Source of the DNA: Takakia lepidozioides
Lineage: Eukaryota > Plantae > Bryophyta
DNA length: 64,000 bases
NCBI GenBank assembly: GCA_030704615.1
Contig: CM060732.1
Coordinates: 53,816,001-53,880,000, forward strand
Direction of reading: 5' to 3'
Under the pieces are notes generated by a model that was not told the DNA's origin, searched no databases, and saw only the letters and a list, made by a program, of their open reading frames with translations. This document shows positions 49,701-62,192 of this stretch, piece after piece; position 1 is the stretch's first letter, and the number at the start of each line of letters is the position of its first letter. The position numbers and the translations under genes were made by a program.

Positions 49701-51575
49701 TTGAAATGTTTGCTTGCACTGGAATGTTCCTTCACAACAATACCCTCCTCAATTCTCTTTGTGCGGCAAAGCACACCGTTCAGGTCAAATATAATCAACA
49801 TTCGTTTTTGGACACTCTGTATCTCGCCAAGAGGTCGCTGAGGCTCATTCTGGTGAAATCAGAGAGTTGCAACCCCGAAACAAACGAGTTAGCAAGAAGA
49901 TACATAATTATTGTAATAACCATTCAATAATACGAAGGCAACTAAGCACAATTATTTATACTGTACATATACACACATGGTTCTGGCTCCGAAATCAAAG
50001 AACCACAACATAATATAATGTTCTTCAGTCATTGGGGCCAATGGACAAATGGGTTATAGTTTTGGGTCTCACTGCTATATCAAGAGTGGATAAAAGATGA
50101 CACTAAAGAGTTATCCATAAGTGTACGTTTTACATTGGGTCATAAGATGTAATTAGCTTTGTTATGTGTTTGAGAATTCAATACTTTGGAACATGTTTTG
50201 AAGTCCACACATCTAGAAAAATTGTAGAGTGAAGTTCATATAGTGTAGTAGCACTTTACCAGATTTGGAGATGTTTCACCCTGCTCATTGCTCGTCTCCT
50301 TTATCTGCTTCTGTTGAGGTTGATTTGGAATGACTGGGGGAATTCCCTGCTCCTGGAGCCTCTTTTGTGTTATCTCTTGGATCTGTGACAACATCTGCAG
50401 TGCATGTGCTGCTCCAGTGCTGTGTGTTTGTAGTGACAGCGGGCTAAGGAAGGTCTCCGGTCCAGATCTGGTTGTAGGCTTTGTGGAAAAGAAATACATT
50501 TGGACTTAGATGGAAATGATTGGAGCCTTGAGGGGAGATATATCAATAATGAATTGGGCCTTGACATTGGAGACGTATTGGCGATGATCCAATCATTGTC
50601 CCATGAAAGCCCACTTTGCTATTTTTCACAAATTTTCAGCGACCAAAAGTACTTGAAATTCCACATCGAGGGCTTTCCAACAAAACCAAGCACTTGCATT
50701 GGGGCCCCGCGGTTTGGGAGATCTCAACGACGCTACAAAACAAAACAAACGTCTCGCTTCATATATTGATATGTCATTATATGTATATGTAGATGTGAAT
50801 CAATACTTTGAGTTCAATTCTGAAGTCAATAAATCCATATATAAACGACAATGCGTTGATGCCAATATCTTTCGCCACTCAAAGTGGAAAAAACTAAAAT
50901 TGTAGTGATGTTTTCTACAAAAGAGTGATATGAACAAGTTTGTATTCACATTCAAAGTGGAAATTGAATATAAAATGGTTTTCAGTATTAGTTTAGATAC
51001 TTAAATTAAAATGATATTATTATATATAGGTGTATATGTATTAAATTTTATTATGTATTTAGTAAATAGATCCATATTTTCATTTAAATCCGGACTTCTT
51101 CAAAGTCCAGAATTAGTTAAAATTGAGTTAAATAAAAAGATTTACATGGTTATTTGGCTATTTTACGTACAATATAATCATGAACACACATTTTTTGGAA
51201 AAAATACAATTATGTATTGTGGTTTTAGAACAACATCCACTGCCAAGTGGACGTTCGTGAAAGAAATGGGATGATGCAATGAATTATACCATGATTTGAG
51301 GTTACATATGCAAGACTTTTTGCACAAAGTAGTCACGAACACCGATGACATACAAAACCAAACATAGAACAAACTTCATGGCATCATGACATGGCAAAAA
51401 GAGTCTGCGGAGACATTGATGATAAACATTCATATTTTATTAGAGATTGTAACTTTGGCGATAGAGTAACAAAATGTAACATCAACTGGGCATCCGTCCA
51501 CATTGGACTTAATATTATCCATCGGCTCGAAGCCATACATCGCTGCTTACACTAACTCATTAATATTATAGAGCC

Positions 51576-52680
51576 TCATCCCAAGTGGCTCGCAATCAAG
51601 GCATATGTTCGAAGACGCCTCCGGTTACCACAACCACTTGCAACGGTCTCTCCACTAGAGGAAACGGAAATACTTTCGGGTAACTCAAACCTGGTGACAT
51701 TATCATCGGAATTGTTACTTGCCACTCTACTTGATGATCTTGATGCCCTTGAAGCCTCCCGGGACGCACGCCATTCTTGCCAATCACGAAGCTCATCTTC
51801 TTCTTTTCGAATTTGATCCTTGAATGTGACTGGGCAAAACAACTCATAAGGCAAATGTTAGGACAAATCGGGAAGATTTGTAGACTGAGAGCATGTGAAG
51901 TTGAAAGTGCAGTTGCAAGACACATAGAAGACGAAATTATGAAGAGACAACAAACAATGAGATAAGAACATACCAAGGTAATCTAGTTCTTTTTGTTATG
52001 GGATCCAAACACAAGGGTCAACATATCTTCCATACCAAGCCCAATAGGCGTGGTCGCGACCAATAGGCTTACGAGAACACTTGGCAGGGTTCTCGCTGAT
52101 GTAATCGACGACTGTTGAAGCTCTTGTCATCTCCAAATTATATGGCCACACTACTTTGGTCAGATCATCCTGGTCACACAAGCACTTTGGTGATGGCTTG
52201 AATGAAAAAGTAAAGAATCCAGTATTCTGTGGGTTTCGGAGGCCTTTGATGGCTCATCATCGACAATGAGTATTTGCCATTGCGTTGCAAACGGTCTACC
52301 AGGGTACTTGGCAAGAACACTGCGAATATCCTTAACGAGATATTTCATCCTAGGCATGATGTAAGCGGTAGTATCCTTGCAATCCTCAACTGACCAGTTG
52401 AAAAAAAACTTCTTCGCAATTTTCATCGGAACGAAACACTCCAGCATCCTACAAAGAACACCCCTTTCAGCACACGACCAAATCGCGACGTGAAAATGCG
52501 TCAAGGCAAGGTCAAGAAACTCCAAGACTCTGGGCCGGGGCACCACAAAAGGTCTGTCGGGAACTTGAATAATAACTTTCCTGAAACGAAATCTCTCTTT
52601 AAGCAATTCCGGTTGGGGGTGGCCGGTAGCAGAGGAGTCTGTTGACACTCAATATAAACATCCGTTTTTTCTTTCCCGAC
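51576..52680 (-). pseudogene. NIF/FCP1-like domain (type C, copy B) plus short last exon
   Basis: KKRMFILSVNRLLC, PRPRVLEFL..HFHVAIWS, VKDIRSV, QILIVDDEPSKA, RDHAYWAWYGRYVDP. Paralog of 46459-47610. Confidence 0.8.
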
Positions 52681-53599
52681 CTGACAGATGAAGGTTGAGG
52701 GTCGACGCCATCCTACGAAATCTCACGACAATCATATTAGTGTTAGTAATATTAGTCTTTTGGAAGATTGAGTCTTTAACATTCTCCAATGCCGTCCACG
52801 TCTGCCGAAACGTATGTGTGGCGGTGTGTGGCGGGAATGGATTTTTTTCCGGAGGGGAGACGACATATTGAAGAGTATATCACGAAAAGAGGAACGTCGG
52901 CTGTCAAGTGGAGGTTCATGAAAAACAAGCACCAGATATAGGGGAGAAAAATTGGAAATTACCATTGAAGCCTTCTTGGATTCTCTTGCAGACGAACAAT
53001 GCATCCAGCGGTCATGTTTTGATGAGACCCCACAAAATCGGAGGTAGTCCTCTTCTTCGACGAGTCCCCTCTGTTTTTGAAGTCAGCCTTCTCTCCGAAG
53101 GAAACGAATGCAACAGAAGAAGGAAATGGCTCCGCGACTCTATTTCGTTTCTTTGGTGCAGAACATTGTTGGAACAGTGTAGGGTCGGGCTGTCTCGATG
53201 TTGGAGTTCTTGGATCGGTGTACGATTGAGAAAGGAGAATGGGGACGGCAGGCGGGCACAAGAAATTGTCCTTTGAGCACTCCAGAATGAACGAAAATGT
53301 AATGAAGAGATTACCTCGGAAATGGATTCCCATGCAGACGTCGTTATACACAGATGTGCCCGTATGCAGGCATGTACTCTGCTGGTATAGAATTGACTTC
53401 AAGAATGCCCGTCGGAGATTTCAACACCGTGTGCATGTAGAAAGCAACACCGTGTGTAAGTACAAAGCAACACCGTGTGTGAAATGAACACCGTGTGTGA
53501 GTAGAAACCAATGTTTATGTGTGAGTATAAAGCAATGCAAACTAGAAACCAAGAAGGTATTCAAATGTTTTGGAGAGAGGGGATTCATGAAAGATATCT

Positions 53600-54336
53600 T
53601 TATTTTGAAACATCATATCTGAAATTCCTCAAACCATTATCGTCAATGTAATCCAAGAGTGGCCTAAACTTAGGATCATTTGAAACATTGGTATAAGGCT
53701 TACACCCTATCCTCTTTTTCCTGAGATAGCTTGAAACAGTGGGATGTTTCATCATCCCAAGCAAATAGTCCAGGAGAACCTTCTAAAGATAGCAACAATC
53801 AGTCTCCACCATCTCGAACGGTTTCAGAAGTAGGCAGGAGTCGGGTGGATTCAATACACACTTCGTAGCCATGTCATCAATGAGCAGAGTGTTACTCCTG
53901 CTGTACTGACCACCAAATCTCTGCCAAACCTTAAGAAATGGCTTCAAAAACAAACTGGGAAGGTCATATCCTGATATAAATTGAGGGTGCACAGAAGTAG
54001 GACATGAAATACAATCTTTGAATGCGGGCTGTGGGAGACCATGAAGCAAAAAGTCAAGTATAGGTTGCAAGTTCTTCTGCATCATACAACTCCAAATCCC
54101 TAACCGGAAATGTTTGTGCAACTCTGTCCACATTTCGCGATATTTCTCCCGTCTATAGACCAAATAAATCCCAACAATAGCTGGTATTTTATGTAGTCTG
54201 TTTCCGACAGCCGGGGGACATTGTAGGTCTTCTGGTGCTTCAAGATTTTGCACAAAACTCCATTCACGTCAAAAATTAACAAACACAACCCTTGCGCAGG
54301 CGGGGAAACTGGAGATCCAATCTGCCAGAGAGTCAT
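53600..54336 (-). pseudogene. NIF/FCP1-like domain (type B, copy B)
   Basis: LLIFDVNGVLC (frameshift), HFRLGIWSCMMQKNL, FLKPFLKVW, NTLLIDDMATKCVLNPP. Confidence 0.8.
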
Positions 54337-55500
54337 TCATAGACTTAGGAGGATAGATAGGGAACACTACAGTGGAAGGGAACCACCAGACCACAAGGAA
54401 GTGAACAACAACATCTACTATACAGGCGAGGTTCACCACACACAAACTACATTTGCATTCTTTCAAAATATCTTATGTCCCAATACACCGGCACGTATCT
54501 CGACATTACTAAGGAACTTTTGCCACTTATACTCCCAACCTCTAAATAATCTGACCGGTGGGTCATCCTAGATGGCATCCTTCCTAAATCCGAACGGATG
54601 CAGCAAGTGCACCTTCAGTCCACCGAGTATTGTCTACAGTATCAATTGGGAGAGTATTTGTTTTGAAAACAGTGGGGTCTTCCTCAGCAAAAATGTCGTA
54701 AAGCCGTTTAAAGTAGACAGGGTTTATGGGAAATTTTCGCCATTTTTTCAATGAAGGTAGTTCTACGCTTGAAAAAATTCTAACTGCTGTATGTGCTGAC
54801 CCTGGGATATTATTTTCCGAACAAGGCCTTGCCGAACAAGGCCCAGTTCCCGTGTTAGAAAGACAAACCAAAAACATATTGACGACTCATTTCAGGACGA
54901 CGTAAAGACACATTCGCGTAGCTAGCTTGAATTTCCCTGCGGAGATAGATGGCTGGGTGGCGGGAGGGGATTACGGCCCATCCTTAAGGTAATCCTCACA
55001 AAGGTACCCAATGTCAAGAACCAGGACGTGGAATAACAGAGGAGTTAATTGTGAACAACATCTACACAAAGGACAAAGTAGGAAACCGGAAAATAGATGT
55101 TAAAACATTACCGTTTTTGGGGGTGGTTGCTGGGTTCCTCTATTGGGGTGCTCCTCATCTTTTCCCTCTCTCCGGGAAACTATTTCGTCCGACTCAATCT
55201 GCCGCGGCTACAACGACGGCTGGATAGTCGAGGTTACTTAACCCACGGGTTCAGATGAGTTGACCCTGATTGTCAGGTCCACTTGCCTCTTCATTGTTTG
55301 AGTCTCGATTGAATCAGTCCGTGTGTGTGTGATTTCCTCTGATTTTGATTCACGATGAAACTGGGGAATCCGTTAGTGGGAATATGTGGTGTACAGAATG
55401 ATTTACAAATTTTTGGAAATGAGCAGTATTTCCGATTGGACCAGAGGCAGAGGAAAAATGAACTCAAGGCGGACAACCAGCACACCATAGATCTACCAAC

Positions 55501-56436
55501 GAACTTCTCCTAATCTATGTGATCTGTTTTTGGATATTTTTTCTGCTGCCACATCGGCAGTAACTTGTCAAAGTCACTCCTAACCACCACAGGATCCACC
55601 CAACGAGCTAACTTACAGAATTCAATATACATCTCAAGGTCGGGTCTGATGAGAGGGTAAAACAGGCAGAAATAGGTCGAAGAAGAAGGTGCCCTCACCA
55701 CATTGTCGACCTTGACCTTGTGTCATGATCCATGGAGGATTTGACAGACCATCAACCCAAAGAACTTATTGTGTGTGTTGCTTGTGTCTGTAGTCAGGAA
55801 CTGTCGGATTGGTTTGTGAGAACCACCACGGTGCAGCTGAGCAGGCAGAGATTGAAACACGGTCTGCTAAGACCAGCTCTCTCCCAAGAACCTTGTAAAC
55901 ATCAGGAAGAATACCAAGTCATGGTACTAATAGGAGCCAACAGCCCACTTTTGCAGGATGGACAAACTTCTTCACATCGTAAGCCACACCTTGCGATTGC
56001 GGTTGTCGCACCATCGTGAAGGATCTTTAAAAAACTCGCGCCAGCTCTGCTCCGTGCTGCAAATTTAGGGCCGAGTCTGATGAGAGGGCAAAACAGGCTG
56101 AAAGAGGTCGAAGAAGGTGCCCTCACCACATTGTCCTCGACCTTGTGTCATGACCCATCGAGGATTTGACTGACCACCTCTTGTGTGTGCTGCTTGTGTC
56201 TGTAGTCAGGTAATGTCGGATTGGTCTGCGAGAACCACCACGGTGCAGCTGAGCGGGCGGAGATTGAAACACGGCCCCTAAGACCAAGCCGACTCTCCCA
56301 AGAACCTTGTAAACATCAGGAAGAATACCAAAGCATGGTACTAACAGGAGCCAAGAGACCACATTTGCAGGATGGATAAACTTCTTCACATCGTACATTA
56401 AGAAAAAGCCACACCTTGCGATTGCAGTTGTCACCC
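55501..56436 (-). pseudogene. PDF-motif gene fragments, inverted relative to 29770-30215
   Basis: Two tandem partial copies. 55985-56060 is the reverse complement of the EQSWREFLKDPSRWWDNRNRK exon at ~29846. Confidence 0.8.
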
Positions 56437-56996
56437 AAGCTACATATGCATATCCTGCAGATCCTCCCACACAAACACAACAAAACGATCAAGTCCCATA
56501 ACTTACTCATCGCTGAAGGCCTAAATCCATTTTGAATTATTTGGATGAATGTATCGTAGATGGCTAGATTTTGGGTTTTCCATCAATCCATCCATCCATC
56601 CATTTGGTTTTCCGTTTATTAGTTCATCCATCATTTTAATTTCATCCATTCATCCATTCATTTGAAATTAATGAATTCCAGCAAGACGTTTGTCTATCAT
56701 TCGTTCAGATAATTCAGTTGTTCTGTTTCACTAACCGTTCATACGTTCATCCAATAGCTGCCAGCAAGGCGTTTGTTTATCATTCGTTCAGGTAATTGAG
56801 TTGTTTTGTTTCACTAACCTTAACCAGCACACGATTAGTTTACTATTAATGTGCTGGGTCAGTGAAAAAGTAGTTAAATGTTTTTACTTCTTATTATCTC
56901 ACGTATATATTGCTATATAGTTTATATATTGTGATTACACATGCCTTTGCTTAACTGGTTGTCTCAGTCAGCTCATTTTAGGTAGTCAGAGTCTCT

Positions 56997-57145
56997 CACT
57001 ACAGTCAAAATTTTCGCGGCTATCTGGCACCTCGAATATTTTAATATAAATTTTGACTGCAAAATGGTTGGAACAGTCGAAAGTGACAACAGTCAATGCT
57101 AGCGTCAAACTAAATCGTCGAAATTACATAGGGTGTGTTGTAGTG
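56997..57145. mobile_element. CACTA right terminus
   Basis: ...GTGTGTTGTAGTG at 57145 (reverse complement CACTACAACA, 10/10 with the termini at 23266 and 28860). A CACTACAG also lies at 56997. The 3-bp flanks match neither left end. Confidence 0.45.
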
Positions 57146-57159
57146 ATTTATATTTTATT

Positions 57160-58800
57160 CTCTACCCTACTATTACACAGTAGCAATTGTGAGTCTTCCA
57201 TATTGGTTTTCCGTTTGTGCCTTAAACCCAAACCCTAACCCCTTACCCTAAAACCTAAACCTTTAAACCCTTACCCTTCCCTTTACAAATGGGAAGGAAG
57301 TCTCCATACCATATTATCTACTAATACATAGAAGCGATTGCGAGTCTTCCGTATTTCTTTGTTAGTTTGTGCTTAAAACCCAAACCCTAAACCCAAGCCC
57401 TAGACCCTTACTCTTACCCTTACCCTTACCCTTAGCATTACCCCTAAACCCTTACCCTTCCCTTTACAAATGAGAATGAAGTATCCATAGCATATCTATA
57501 CTATATCCATAACCATAACCATTATGGTTATTCCAATGTCTTCTCCCTTCACTTTTGGGCTACTTTTTTTCTTTCCCAGGTTCCAAGGACAAATTTCTAA
57601 TGTAAATACTTGTCCGATGCAATAACTAGACTTCCATAATATTTGTTTTTTTCATTTTATTTTGTTTAAAATACAAAAAAAAGAAGAAGAAAAACACTAA
57701 GTTATAGCGAGTGCGAGTCTTCCATATTTATTTGTCCATTTCTACCTTAAACCCAAACCCAAAACCCCTACCCTAAACCCTTACCCTGAAAAACTCATTG
57801 TTTATTCTTAAGCCATTACCCCTAAACCCTTACCCTTCCCTTTACAAATGGGAACATTGAACTATCCATACCATATTAACCATTATCCAAATGTCTTCAT
57901 TATCCAAATTATTATTTTGTACCCTACTACCACACAGTAAGTTCTAGTGAGTTCGAGTGTTCCATGTTTGTTTGAGCATTTGTACCTTAAAACCAAACCG
58001 TATACCCTTGCTATGAATCCTCACCATAAACCCTATATTACCTTTGCCCTCAAGCCATTACCTCCAAACCCTTACGCTTCCCACGTTCACAAATGGGAAA
58101 TTTGAAGTATCCATACCATACCCATAATAACCATTATGGTTATCCAAATGTCTTAGACTCCCTTCAGTTTTGCACTACTTTTTTATTTTGTTTTGGATTG
58201 ACAGGCACTTAGTACCTAGTTTGCTTTCTATGTATCTTAATAATACCAAGTTCCAAGGACGACTCTTCAATTTAAATACTTGTCTGTCTCAATGACTCTT
58301 CCATAATATTTGTTTCTCCATTTTCATTCTCCATTTTTATTCTACTAACATACACCAAGTTCTAGTGATTACGAGTCTTTCATTTCAGTTTGTCCAAATT
58401 TTATGTAACCTTAAACCCCAACTTACTCAAAACCTCTACCCTATACCCTTACCCTTTCATTTACCATTACCCCTAAACCCTTACCGGGCCCTTTACCCCG
58501 AATCCCCTTACCCCTACCCTAAACCATTACCCTTACCATAGACCAAAAACCTTAGTGTATTACTCTACTCAGTACACTCTAAAGCCTTATTGTAGTACTA
58601 CGTTACCTCTTTTCAATGTTTCATGCTCTTTTAATATTTTCTTTTTTTGGATAAGGTACCATAGAATGATTAGAGGGATACTAAATTACCCTTATTTTTT
58701 TTATTAATTTTAGCGAGTGTGAGTCTTCTATATTTGTTTGACATCCATTTGTACCCTAAATCCAAACCCTAAACCCTAAGTACCCTTACCATTCTCATCT
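57160..58800 (+). repeat. Degenerate tandem repeats with telomere-like CCCTAAA/CCCTTA tracts, probably Helitron-derived
   Basis: Unit GAGTCTTCCATATT..AAACCCAAACCCT..CCCTTTACAAATGGG recurs ~6 times. TCTACTAATA and TCTATACTATA (Helitron 5'-end-like) at ~57317 and ~57495. Confidence 0.55.
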
Positions 58801-59299
58801 CACCTTATTGGACTTCTCTCTAATTACACCCCAAACTTTATTTACTACCTTGGTACCTCTTCCTAATGCTCCATGCTATTTTATTATTTTACTGCCCTCG
58901 TATCCAAAACATCATTCTAATGGCGTCTATGAACATTGTGCTTGACATGAAGATTCAATTAATAAAATTAGCAAGTTCTATCGAGTATGGTAGAGTAGGA
59001 GTCTTTCCGATGTTCAATGCCACACATTTGTTTATCGTGATTACATAATGTAGTATTATGACATCATTTGACTTCCCAGTGGACGTTCAATGAATTGTTG
59101 AGTACTACAACTCCACAAGCACTTCAATGTCAATTGGATCTCTTATATGACACTATTTCAAGCAACTATGACATCGCTTGTAATTTCACAAAGTTCAATC
59201 ACACTTTACTGTACCATAATATTATTAATATTTTAGTTCATTTTAATTCAGTAATATATTAAGTTTGGTCCGGATTTAAGCCAACAGTCCGGAATTAGT

Positions 59300-61032
59300 T
59301 AAAATAGTGTTGAATACTTACACAAGAAGTGAGAGGGGAAAGTACTCTACCATGTTCAAGGGAAAAACCAATTCCCCTGCAAAAGCCCAAAGAAACTGTA
59401 AATACAGACAAAGCATTACATGGAGAGGAGGTCTTATAACCCTGCCAAGAGAAAGCGAAATCAAAGACATTTCCTATAATAATAATGATGATCAACCAAT
59501 TGTGGGGCACGTAGAATGCAGGAGCCCAGAGGCTAGCAAACGTGGAAAACCTTGCATTCTCCCAAGGGGCCCAACGAGAATTAAAATATCTAAGGACTCA
59601 CTGTCAACATTGTATTTGTCAAAGAAGGGCTGTTGACACACTTCCTAGCTCTTTGTTGGTACGGGAAGAGTGGGTGAGGAAACCACGGACTTTAAGCCAG
59701 GATTTCCAGATTGTAGCCCAAATATCTAAACCACTTAAGACCTTAGAGTCAGTTTTACCCCCATGCATCAACCAGTGAACTTCAAGGGAGGGGGACCAAA
59801 GAGAAGAAGAAGAAGGGTGGAGTTAGACACATAGTTATGGAAGAGCCAAGACCAGGGGAAGAAGGGCTAAGAAGAGCTCGGGGGAGCCATTTCGCCAAAA
59901 GAGCAACTGTTGCAGCATGTGATTCAAAATCAAGAATTCCAAGTCCCCCATGCTTATTATTCATGCAGATCTGTTTCTAGGAAAGAAGGGCCCTTCGATT
60001 TTGACCAATCTTTGGTGCACCCCAGATGAAGTTCCGAATCAACTATTTGATCTATTTATAGAGCTCAGGTCCAGAGTCACAAACCGAAGCAATAAACCAC
60101 ATGTAAGCCAACAGAACTTGGTTGGCCGTAAGGGCCCTGCCTGTAATGGAGAGTCTAGCCAAGCTCCAATAAGAGAGTTTAGTCTTGAGCTTAGCAATGA
60201 TTGGGAGGAAACGCTGATTGGGTGAGGCTCGTACCCATCTCATGACCTAACAAAGTAAAGGATTCCCCCTCCCGAAGCCATATGATTCCCAGATCAGTAC
60301 CCTAGGGAGGGTTGTGAGGAGGGGAACCAGGGAAAAGACGTGAGAGCAAACCACTGTTTTATCCCAATTAACAGAAAAACCAGACGTAGAGCAGAACTCC
60401 TTAATACACTTAAGCGCAACTTGGATTGGAGACATGGAATCATTCTTGAGAAACAGAACTGAGTCATCAGCATACATAGAAGTCTTGAGGTGCCCAGCTG
60501 GGCCGACATGGCCGATACCATCTATGAGGAAATAACCCAGACTGTCCGCGGCCAAGACAAAGAGAAAAGGGGCCAACGGGCAACCAGCTTGTCTTACAGA
60601 TCTCATAAAAGGGAAGGCCTCAAAAAGAACTCTATTCCTAACAACCGACCTACTGAAGGCAGATGATAAGAGAATCTTAGTCCAGGAGATGAAGGATTCC
60701 CCAAAGCCAAGCTTAGCCAGAATTTGGAAGAGGAAAGACTAATGGATTTTGTCAAAAGCATTTTCAAAATCCAGCATGAGGAATGCCAGGGGGTGGGCCG
60801 CCGAGGACTCCGCTATTCTAAGAGTTTCATTCAATAAAACCAGATTATCCAGAATCATACGACCCTTAATGAAACCTATTTTCTCAGGCCTAATAAGGGG
60901 AGCTGGGAGCAAGCGTTGTAGGCGCAGGGCAAGAGCCTTTGCAATGATTTTGTAAGTAGAGTTCAGAAGCGCGATTTGCCTATAGTTGGAAATGGAATTT
61001 CTATCACCCTTTTTGTAGACGAGGGTGATAAC
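59300..61032 (-). mobile_element. L1-type LINE, ORF2 reverse transcriptase region, decayed
   Basis: ITLVYKKGD..NYRQIALLNSTYKIIAK, GFIKGRMILDN, LDFENAFD, SVRQ.GCPLAPFLF, MYADD, LSITGRALTANQVL, GGLGILD. Stops and frameshifts. Confidence 0.9.
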
Positions 61033-61433
61033 CAGTGTTGTGCGGTTCTTGCCATATTGAAGGAACCTCCGGTTCCGGTTCCTTTGGTATATTTAAAGAG
61101 ACGGTTCCGGTTCTTTTTTATGAAGCGGTTCCGGTTCCGGTTCCGGTTCCAAAATTCATGAGCAGATTCCGGTTCCGGTTCCGGGTATTTTTTGGGAAGG
61201 AACAGCCAGTTCCAGTTTCCGGTTCTGGTTCTCTATTTTTTGAATTCAAAATTATATATTAATTTTTTGATCGTTTTTTATAAATCTGAAAATGATTTGT
61301 GAATCCCCATTAGTTATATCAAATCTTTTGACCATGTTGAAAAGAAACAACACAACATTCATATACAAATTTATGAAATAATAATAATGCAATGTAAGCG
61401 AGTATAAATTAATGTGTGTAGAGTACACAAAGA
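61033..61433 (+). mobile_element. hAT-like non-autonomous element end inserted in the LINE, running into the gap
   Basis: Starts CAGTGTTG exactly where LINE homology stops. Clustered GGTTCC/CCGGTT subterminal repeats at 61065-61230. Confidence 0.55.
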
Positions 61434-61933
61434 NNNNNNNNNNNNNNNNNNNNNNNNNNNNNNNNNNNNNNNNNNNNNNNNNNNNNNNNNNNNNNNNNNN
61501 NNNNNNNNNNNNNNNNNNNNNNNNNNNNNNNNNNNNNNNNNNNNNNNNNNNNNNNNNNNNNNNNNNNNNNNNNNNNNNNNNNNNNNNNNNNNNNNNNNNN
61601 NNNNNNNNNNNNNNNNNNNNNNNNNNNNNNNNNNNNNNNNNNNNNNNNNNNNNNNNNNNNNNNNNNNNNNNNNNNNNNNNNNNNNNNNNNNNNNNNNNNN
61701 NNNNNNNNNNNNNNNNNNNNNNNNNNNNNNNNNNNNNNNNNNNNNNNNNNNNNNNNNNNNNNNNNNNNNNNNNNNNNNNNNNNNNNNNNNNNNNNNNNNN
61801 NNNNNNNNNNNNNNNNNNNNNNNNNNNNNNNNNNNNNNNNNNNNNNNNNNNNNNNNNNNNNNNNNNNNNNNNNNNNNNNNNNNNNNNNNNNNNNNNNNNN
61901 NNNNNNNNNNNNNNNNNNNNNNNNNNNNNNNNN
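61434..61933. other. Assembly gap (500 N)
   Basis: Run of N. Contiguity across it is not guaranteed. Confidence 1.
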
Positions 61934-62192
61934 CCCTAAAATGAAGAACAAAAAATTTGGTGAGAAGAGTCATTGGTGTTATAGTCAACATTTGAACAAT
62001 CCCAACCATTCCCAAAGCAATATCCCAACATTACAAGTAAATAGTAAAGAGCATACATGCAAAGTCTGATGTCAATTTAAAACATACTGAAAAGAACATC
62101 ACTCATGCATCCGAGCAAAGAATCCAGACAACCTGGGATCACATTTGAAGCTCAATCTAAACCAATGTGCACTTGCACACGCGAGAAATTAC

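Larger units (their letters stand above)
34276..55500. mobile_element. ~21 kb gene-rich insert (probable giant or compound DNA-transposon-derived block), no transposase recognised
   Basis: Sharp junctions with PPR sequence at ~34276 and with PDF-gene sequence at ~55501. Contains only degenerate TE-cargo-like genes and repeats. No TIR or TSD seen, so it may be several nested elements. Confidence 0.45.

Noticed and set aside
28860-57145. A single intact 28-kb CACTA element from 28860 (or 23266) to 57145
   Set aside because: Only 10 bp of TIR match and the 3-bp flanks differ (TCT or AGA versus ATT), so the pairing is unsupported.
57160-58800. True telomere or chromosome-fusion scar
   Set aside because: CCCTAAA units are short, degenerate and embedded in longer complex repeat units, not a pure array.
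61371-62015. Long ORFs in the ORF track
   Set aside because: Artefacts of translating through the 500-N gap.
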